IMG/VR virus record: IMGVR_UViG_3300000116_000126
Location: 1-29,482 of that record
Reading direction: 5' to 3' (one strand)
DNA from: a virus
DNA: 29,482 bases
The notes beneath the pieces are model-generated. The model had not been told where the DNA came from. It did not search any database and saw only the letters and a list, made by a program, of their open reading frames with translations. Positions 24,172-29,482 of the stretch are shown here, piece after piece. How positions within the stretch are numbered: position 1 is the first letter of the stretch; each line of letters begins with the position of its first letter. A program made the translations under genes and the position numbers.

Positions 24172-25892
24172 TAGCTTGTTAAATTTGTAAGTTCTGTATC
24201 ACTTAAAGCCTCATTAAATACTGCTAGTGATTTGCATTTACCATAGAAAGGCTCATTACCTCCACCTCTATTAAAATCTAAGCTAGTAAAATCATTTGCA
24301 CTAAAAGTACCTCTTGATTGCACAGTACTTTTAACTCCATTTACATAAAAGTAATAATCACCATTATTATAAACAATAGCAATTTTATTATTTATTGATA
24401 AATCAATCGTAGCACTATTATAATTAAAATCATCTGTTGAACCTACAACAGTAAGTTGAATTTTACTAATATCAGGTCTAACTCTTGCAGTTATCCTCTT
24501 AGAACTACTACCATCGTTTATACTTAAAGAATTTGCATTATCATAAAAAGATGATAACTCAAAGTATAACACACCCTCTGTTGAGTTTATTAATGTACTA
24601 TTACCACTACCTGTTAGTGTTTCTGTTGCTCTTGTAACACCTACTGCTGTTCCGTGATTTGGTATGTACGATGTAGCGTAGGGTAGCTTTTCAAATTGCG
24701 CTCCCCATATATAGATAGGAGGATTTGTTGATGAGTAAGCTTCTATTTGTGGATATAAATTTACAGTTCCTGATGACACCGACCCTGTTATTTCAAATCT
24801 TTGCCAATCGCTAGTTGCTGTTCTAGCTTCTGCACCTCCACTTGCGTAACCTATCTCCATTTCAAACTGCACGTTTTCGCTTGTAGTACTTTTAGCCCAA
24901 ACGCTAAATGTGTAAGACCCTGCTGTTTGACTTGTGATTTCCTTTTCTATTCTTGTGGTTGTTGAACCCTGATGAAAGCTTAATTTAGAAGCATTTTGTG
25001 TTCCATCAGGAGATACAACTACGTTTGGGTCAATACTAGCGCTAACCTTGTGACTCCAATTTGGAGCGCTAAAATCCTCACTATAAGGTATAAGATTAGT
25101 AGAAGTAGGCTCTAACAATATATGACCATTCTCTCCATTACTATCATAGTTTATTCTAGCTAAATCTACTTCTTCACTAAATGTAATGTCTTTTATAGAT
25201 ATGTTGTCTATTGTAGCAGATGTACCACTACCACCAAAACCAATTCTTAAATAAGATGTTGTAGATGTAGCAGTAAAATAAATGCTATAACTTGTGTTAT
25301 CTTCAATGCTTCCTATGTTTTGATTTGCAACATTATTTCCATTTTGAGCAGTGCCTACTTGCATATAAACATCTCCACTACCTATTCTATTTATACAATC
25401 AAAACGATAAAGATATTTACCACCAACAACTGTTTCAAAAGATGACGTTGAGTTTAAATATCCAAAAATCGAAGTTGAACTAATTTGACAAACACCATTT
25501 GAAATATTAATAGTAGAGTTTGTTGCACTCCAATCACTATCAGTATCAAATGTACCATTAGTAACTAATTCAGGGTCAGTAATACTCTGCATATCTTGTA
25601 CTAAACCATCAGAGTTTATTCTTGTAGCACTACTTGCTCTATCGAAGTCAAAGTCGCTATCGCTTGTGTTGTCTTTTACACAATGTACTAACGCATCACT
25701 ATACGCAGTAGGTGTAAGTAGTATAGATGCTTTGTCTAGTATATCAGCATCATCTATTGCCTTAATAGTAGATTTAGATGCACTACCATTCTCATAGTAC
25801 GTTGCCCTACCTCTTAACGCAGATAATAAGCTATCTATGGCATCGCCTAGTACTCTCTTACCTATGCTTAATGCTAAACCTAGTCCTAACAT
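24171..25892 (-). CDS. Tail fibre or receptor-binding protein with CBM-like and LamG-like jelly-roll modules
   Basis: 573 aa. Contains NGTFDTDSDW...IDNISIKDI (carbohydrate-binding-module-like), NLIPYSEDFSAPNWSH...IWGAQFEKLPYATSYIP, and a C-terminal ...FNEALSDTELTNL (LamG-like). Confidence 0.5.
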   Translation of the reverse strand: MLGLGLALSIGKRVLGDAIDSLLSALRGRATYYENGSASKSTIKAIDDADILDKASILLTPTAYSDALVHCVKDNTSDSDFDFDRASSATRINSDGLVQDMQSITDPELVTNGTFDTDSDWSATNSTINISNGVCQISSTSIFGYLNSTSSFETVVGGKYLYRFDCINRIGSGDVYMQVGTAQNGNNVANQNIGSIEDNTSYSIYFTATSTTSYLRIGFGGSGTSATIDNISIKDITFSEEVDLARINYDSNGENGHILLEPTSTNLIPYSEDFSAPNWSHKVSASIDPNVVVSPDGTQNASKLSFHQGSTTTRIEKEITSQTAGSYTFSVWAKSTTSENVQFEMEIGYASGGAEARTATSDWQRFEITGSVSSGTVNLYPQIEAYSSTNPPIYIWGAQFEKLPYATSYIPNHGTAVGVTRATETLTGSGNSTLINSTEGVLYFELSSFYDNANSLSINDGSSSKRITARVRPDISKIQLTVVGSTDDFNYNSATIDLSINNKIAIVYNNGDYYFYVNGVKSTVQSRGTFSANDFTSLDFNRGGGNEPFYGKCKSLAVFNEALSDTELTNLTS

Positions 25893-25895
25893 ATA

Positions 25896-26171
25896 TTAGT
25901 TGCTATATCCTACTGCTACTCCACTTGTTAGTGTGATGTCAGTAATGTTCAAAAATAAAACTGTACCAGCAGCTATCGTTGTTCTTAATATTGCTGAATT
26001 TGCACTACCACTTTCTAAGTCAGAAACAGAAATAGCATTGATAACGCTTTCTGTTACAAAGTGTACTGCATAAAAGTCTTGTGATGTTACTGCCGATGTG
26101 CTAATTAGGAATGGTTTACTTTTCTTACCTAATTGCTCTTTTAATAAGTCTGTTGTATTTTTTACTGCCAT
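25896..26171 (-). CDS. Hypothetical small beta-rich protein (91 aa)
   Basis: ORF located between paralogue B and the fibre gene. Confidence 0.45.
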   Translation of the reverse strand: MAVKNTTDLLKEQLGKKSKPFLISTSAVTSQDFYAVHFVTESVINAISVSDLESGSANSAILRTTIAAGTVLFLNITDITLTSGVAVGYSN

Positions 26172-26172
26172 T

Positions 26173-26592
26173 TTATAATTCTTTTTCTAATAATTTTGTA
26201 ACTTTTTCTAATGCTTTAATATCATCTTGTACTATTTTTACACCTCTTTCTACATCAGCGTAATTTTTAATATCTTTAGTATTTAAGCCTAATTCCTTTG
26301 CAGCATTTTCTGCTTTTACTAAAGCCTTTTCTGCTAATTCTAATTTAGATTTACTACTTTTAAATATTTGTTTATTAGTATCAATTCTTGATTTAATTCT
26401 TTTAGATGCGCCTTGTACTTCATTATACAATTTACTTGTTTCTCCGTAGCTATCAGTCATCATATTACTGTCTGCTGCTAAAGAATTAAAAGACCTTTGT
26501 AAATCATCTACAATGCCTAATTCTACCTTTTGTGCTTTTAGCGTAATTCTATCTAATTCGCTTTTTGCTTTATTTTCAAAGTTTAAATCCAT
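26173..26592 (-). CDS. Small helical protein, paralogue B
   Basis: 139 aa. KAQKVELGIVDDLQRSFNS and NAAKELGLNTK. Shares a 14-nt identical string with paralogue A (26501..26514 = 95..108). Confidence 0.6.
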   Translation of the reverse strand: MDLNFENKAKSELDRITLKAQKVELGIVDDLQRSFNSLAADSNMMTDSYGETSKLYNEVQGASKRIKSRIDTNKQIFKSSKSKLELAEKALVKAENAAKELGLNTKDIKNYADVERGVKIVQDDIKALEKVTKLLEKEL

Positions 26593-26996
26593 TATATACT
26601 TATGTATTGTGTGTTACTATTTGTTGTGTTCTTATTGCTTGTAGGTGTGTATTGTGTATATGATACCTCTGTTACATCAGCATCTTTCACTAATGCCTTA
26701 CCCCTCTCTATAATCTGATTGTCATTCAAGGTGCTATCATTAGTTAAATCGTTAGTGGCAACTTGATACACTACATAAGTGTAAAAACCCTCTGCACCTA
26801 AACTAATATCTACACCCTCTGTAAATTCTACTATGCTATATCTTGGCTCCACTTGTTCGGTAGGATTAAGATAGTAGCTTACTTTAGTCATATCGTTGGT
26901 AAACTTAATAAAAATATATGGACTTAATGGCAACTTTTTCTTACTTGTAAGATTAAAGTATAACTCATTTTCTACACCTTGATTTATTACTACCAT
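26592..26996 (-). CDS. Hypothetical virion-module protein (134 aa)
   Basis: First ORF after the terminator at 27038..27062. TAATG junction with paralogue B. Confidence 0.45.
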   Translation of the reverse strand: MVVINQGVENELYFNLTSKKKLPLSPYIFIKFTNDMTKVSYYLNPTEQVEPRYSIVEFTEGVDISLGAEGFYTYVVYQVATNDLTNDSTLNDNQIIERGKALVKDADVTEVSYTQYTPTSNKNTTNSNTQYISI

Positions 26997-27037
26997 AATA
27001 TAAAATATAAAAAACTATGTTTTATTTACAATTAGTC

Positions 27038-27062
27038 AAAAAAAAAGTGGGATAAACCCACC
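27038..27062 (-). terminator. Rho-independent terminator after the capsid-proximal genes
   Basis: On the minus strand: GGTGGG-TTTAT-CCCACT followed by T9 (plus-strand A9 at 27038..27046). It lies 24 nt past the stop of 27086..27631. Confidence 0.65.
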
Positions 27063-27085
27063 TTTTCTTTAAATTATATTGGTAA

Positions 27086-27631
27086 TTACGAAATAGTTAC
27101 TGTAAAATCACCATTGTCAAATGGTTCAGTAGTATAGTCTGCAACTACTAAAGCTGGACTATCTTCCATACCTACGAAACTTAAATCGTATCCGTTCATA
27201 TCACCAAACGCTACACCACTATTTGCAGTACCTGTTGTTAACTCCATACCATTAGTAACACCTAAGCAAAAGATAACTCTCTTACCAGCAGAATTAGTAC
27301 CATTTGTTTCAACAAATACTAACAATCTGTTTTGTGCCAATAATTTAATTTCGTTTTGGTCTGCTACACTTAGTTTGTGTAGTTTTACGTTTACTGATGG
27401 CTCATAAAATACTGTACCATTCTCTGCACTTGCAGTAACTGTTTCAGTAAATGAAGCAGTACCCCTTACTACGTTGTATTTAAACAAGTCCGTAGTAATA
27501 TCCAAGTCAGAAACAGAACCAGCACTATGAGTAACAGTAGCATCTTCTAGTTGTGCAAAATAAACTGCTCTAACACCACCGATGATGTCTTTACAATCTA
27601 ATGCTCTACCTGTTGTTAATTCACAAGCCAT
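27086..27631 (-). CDS. Abundant structural protein, possibly major tail or tube protein
   Basis: 181 aa, immediately after the capsid gene and followed by a strong terminator. GRALDCKDIIGGVRAVYF...NGYDLSFVGMEDSPA resembles tube-protein patterns (recollection only). Confidence 0.4.
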   Translation of the reverse strand: MACELTTGRALDCKDIIGGVRAVYFAQLEDATVTHSAGSVSDLDITTDLFKYNVVRGTASFTETVTASAENGTVFYEPSVNVKLHKLSVADQNEIKLLAQNRLLVFVETNGTNSAGKRVIFCLGVTNGMELTTGTANSGVAFGDMNGYDLSFVGMEDSPALVVADYTTEPFDNGDFTVTIS

Positions 27632-27652
27632 ATTCTTTTGTTTTATTAGTTA

Positions 27653-27672
27653 AGGGGGGCGTTAACCCCCCT
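27653..27672 (-). promoter_or_regulatory. GC-rich hairpin between the capsid gene and the next gene
   Basis: aGGGGGG-cgttaa-CCCCCCt forms a 7-bp stem containing six G:C pairs. It sits in a 54-nt gap of an otherwise AT-rich genome, with no U-tract on the coding strand. Confidence 0.5.
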
Positions 27673-27685
27673 GTACTTATTTTAA

Positions 27686-28588
27686 TTATGATTGGTGTAC
27701 GATGTCTGCACCAATTCCGTGTTGGCAACCAGCCGTAAATTTAGCCACTACTCTTAAATTATCGCTACCATCTAGTGAACTCATATCTAACATACGAATT
27801 TCAGAGTGGTCAGAGATTAAGTCTGTACCAAAGAATAGGTTAGATTTTTGTGCTGCTACCATTTGGTTGTCAGGCATACCTTGACAAACTGCAATCTTAA
27901 CACCCTCAAATTCAGGAGTGTACTGCCCCATATGATTGAATGGGAATGCAGATAAAGCAGAGATAGCAGAAATATAAAAACGATAAGTTTTAGCGTTCAT
28001 ATAAATATACAAATCTTCTTTAGTGTAGATTGTAGATGGTACGGCAGCAACTAAGTCTTGCAACTCACCAATTACGTTGTCAGCATCATAAGCACCAGCA
28101 GCACTATCAGTACCAACTGTACCATCGTTAGCAAAGTAACCTGTACTAGCAGTAAGGAAACCCTCGAACTGACCAGCAGTAGCCTCTGCACCACTCCATA
28201 TAGAAGTTTCTACTGCATCAGCAATAGTACCACTTAGGTAAGACATTACAAAAGCAGTAAAATCACCACTCATATCTCTGTTGTGTGCACCAGCTCTCAT
28301 TTGAGCAGCTTGCCAATCCTCTAGTAAGTCTTTCTTACAAAGGTCAACATTGATTTGTAATTCTTTTGGGTTTAGTACTCTCTCTGTTAAAGTTAGTGTA
28401 CCAGCATCAGTGAAATCACAAGATGCGTTACCTACTAAAGATGCACCAGCAACCTTAGTAATATTTCTTTTGAATTTTACATTCTCTAGTACGTTTAAGT
28501 ATTCTAAAGATGTAGCAGATTTTAACGCAGCAGCTATATACTGACCAGCGTGTTCACCTGAATAGTTTGAAGTAATATCGAAACTCAT
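27686..28588 (-). CDS. Major capsid protein (HK97-fold type)
   Basis: 300 aa, directly downstream of an acidic scaffold-like gene. Length and sequence character fit small HK97-fold capsid proteins. Confidence 0.75.
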   Translation of the reverse strand: MSFDITSNYSGEHAGQYIAAALKSATSLEYLNVLENVKFKRNITKVAGASLVGNASCDFTDAGTLTLTERVLNPKELQINVDLCKKDLLEDWQAAQMRAGAHNRDMSGDFTAFVMSYLSGTIADAVETSIWSGAEATAGQFEGFLTASTGYFANDGTVGTDSAAGAYDADNVIGELQDLVAAVPSTIYTKEDLYIYMNAKTYRFYISAISALSAFPFNHMGQYTPEFEGVKIAVCQGMPDNQMVAAQKSNLFFGTDLISDHSEIRMLDMSSLDGSDNLRVVAKFTAGCQHGIGADIVHQS

Positions 28589-28594
28589 TTTTAA

Positions 28595-29233
28595 TTATTT
28601 ATTTAGGTTATACATATATTTCTCTTGTGCAGATAACTTAGCGTATTCTGCTTTACTTAATTCTACTTTCGTAAAATTGTTGGTGGCAAACTTTCGTGCT
28701 TTGATAGGCTCTGCACTAGGCTCACTACCTAATTCGTTTACTTGCTTAGATAACTCTACGTTTTCTGTTTGCAAATCAACTATGTTTTCATCTTTAGCTA
28801 AATTTTCACCTCTTAGTTCGTCTAATTCAGCTTTGATTGTATTTAGTTCGCTAGTAACATTTTCTAGTAATTCTCTTACTACGTTACCAACTTCTTCGAG
28901 CATAGTTTCATCAGTAGTAGTTTCTTCTTCCATTTCTACTTCTTCTTCTTCTTTTTGCTCTACTTCTTCTTCTTCTTTTGCAGATACTTCTGTTACTACA
29001 CCATTCTCATCAGTAGTAAACTCTGTACCATCTTCTAAAGAGTAAGTACCTTGTGGCATTGGAGTTTGCTCACCATCTTCTGATAAGATGTTAAGTACTA
29101 CACCCTCTGCTAACTCATCTGCTTCTGATACGATAATAGTACCATCTGCTAACTTAGCTTCGTAAGCTAACTTTACTTCTTGTTCTTCGGTATCTATACC
29201 TAAAGCAACTTTTATACGTTCTTTTAAATCCAT
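28595..29233 (-). CDS. Scaffolding protein
   Basis: 212 aa, very acidic (EEEEVEQKEEEEVEMEEE) with a coiled-coil region. It lies immediately upstream of the capsid gene. Confidence 0.6.
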   Translation of the reverse strand: MDLKERIKVALGIDTEEQEVKLAYEAKLADGTIIVSEADELAEGVVLNILSEDGEQTPMPQGTYSLEDGTEFTTDENGVVTEVSAKEEEEVEQKEEEEVEMEEETTTDETMLEEVGNVVRELLENVTSELNTIKAELDELRGENLAKDENIVDLQTENVELSKQVNELGSEPSAEPIKARKFATNNFTKVELSKAEYAKLSAQEKYMYNLNK

Positions 29234-29235
29234 TT

Positions 29236-29482
29236 TTAAAATATATTATACATTGATTTTATTTTACTAGCTATTTTACTAGCTTCTTTGATGCCAGCTT
29301 CTGCACTAGCTATTTTATTTATAAATGTTTTAGGTAAATCAATACCTAAATCTTTTGCTTGTGCTTTAGCTTTATCACCTAATTTAATAGCTTTAGAATA
29401 ATCATCTTCTATTTTTTTATAAGCTACTTCGGCTTTTCTTAAATCATCTATAAGGCTAGTTCCTATTTTTGTATCTTTATCT
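29236..29482 (-). CDS. C-terminal part of paralogue A (wraps to 171..1)
   Basis: Hand-translated as ...IEDDYSKAIKLGDKAKAQAKDLGIDLPKTFINKIASAEAGIKEASKIASKIKSMYNIF, with the stop at 29236..29238, 2 nt before the scaffold ATG. Confidence 0.75.
   Translation of the reverse strand, partial: DKDTKIGTSLIDDLRKAEVAYKKIEDDYSKAIKLGDKAKAQAKDLGIDLPKTFINKIASAEAGIKEASKIASKIKSMYNIF
29413..29482. repeat. Terminal direct repeat, copy 2 (identical to 1..70)
   Basis: Read base by base. See copy 1. Confidence 0.95.

Noticed and set aside
27653-27672. G6/C6 hairpin considered as a canonical rho-independent terminator for the capsid gene
   Set aside because: On the coding strand the stem is not followed by a U-tract. 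It is kept as a structural or regulatory hairpin, and only the 27038..27062 element is called a terminator.
1-29482. Lysogeny module, tRNAs, CRISPR array, reverse transcriptase/DGR, toxin-antitoxin or known defence systems
   Set aside because: I looked for integrase or recombinase motifs, repressor/Cro-type divergent gene pairs, cloverleaf-capable GC-rich segments, RT YxDD motifs and repeat arrays, and recognised none. Absence is judged by eye only and should be confirmed with profile searches.

Overview
The window is an AT-rich, roughly 29.4-kb genome of a tailed dsDNA phage. Its first 70 nt (1..70) are identical to its last 70 nt (29413..29482), so it closes into a circle of 29412 bp, and joining the ends restores one gene in frame. 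Every credible gene is on the minus strand. Genes are tightly packed, with many ATGA or TAATG start/stop overlaps. All plus-strand ORFs in the track look like antisense artefacts.

Reading in the direction of transcription (descending coordinates), the modules are:
- Early/replication module, 18764 down to 11714: DUF3127-type OB-fold SSB-like protein, replisome-organizer-like protein, NinG-like protein, PAPS-reductase-like protein, ECF-like sigma factor, DUF3310 protein, ParB-like protein.
- terS and terL.
- A gene with a T9 slippery run and an open -1 frame.
- A block of tail or virion genes, followed by a tape-measure-like protein.
- A composite XkdF-type prohead protease, then scaffold and major capsid protein.
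- More virion genes, including a CBM/LamG-type fibre.
- A portal with a C-terminal extension and a head-tail connector.
- A lysis cassette (small TM protein, M15 peptidase, holin-like protein) and a metallophosphoesterase.

I found no integrase, DNA polymerase, helicase, primase, tRNA or CRISPR array. DUF3127, the absence of Shine-Dalgarno sequences and one TTTG-N21-TAnnTTTG promoter match point to a Bacteroidota host.

The most interesting observations are:
1. Four dispersed paralogues of a small helical protein embedded in the morphogenesis genes.
2. A T9 run joining two reading frames at 9427..9435.
3. A conserved 34-nt box plus a TA-rich tract in the two largest intergenic regions, in a genome that also carries its own sigma factor.
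4. Unusual domain fusions on the prohead protease and the portal.
5. A scrambled order of morphogenesis genes.

All family assignments come from motif recognition by eye, not from searches.
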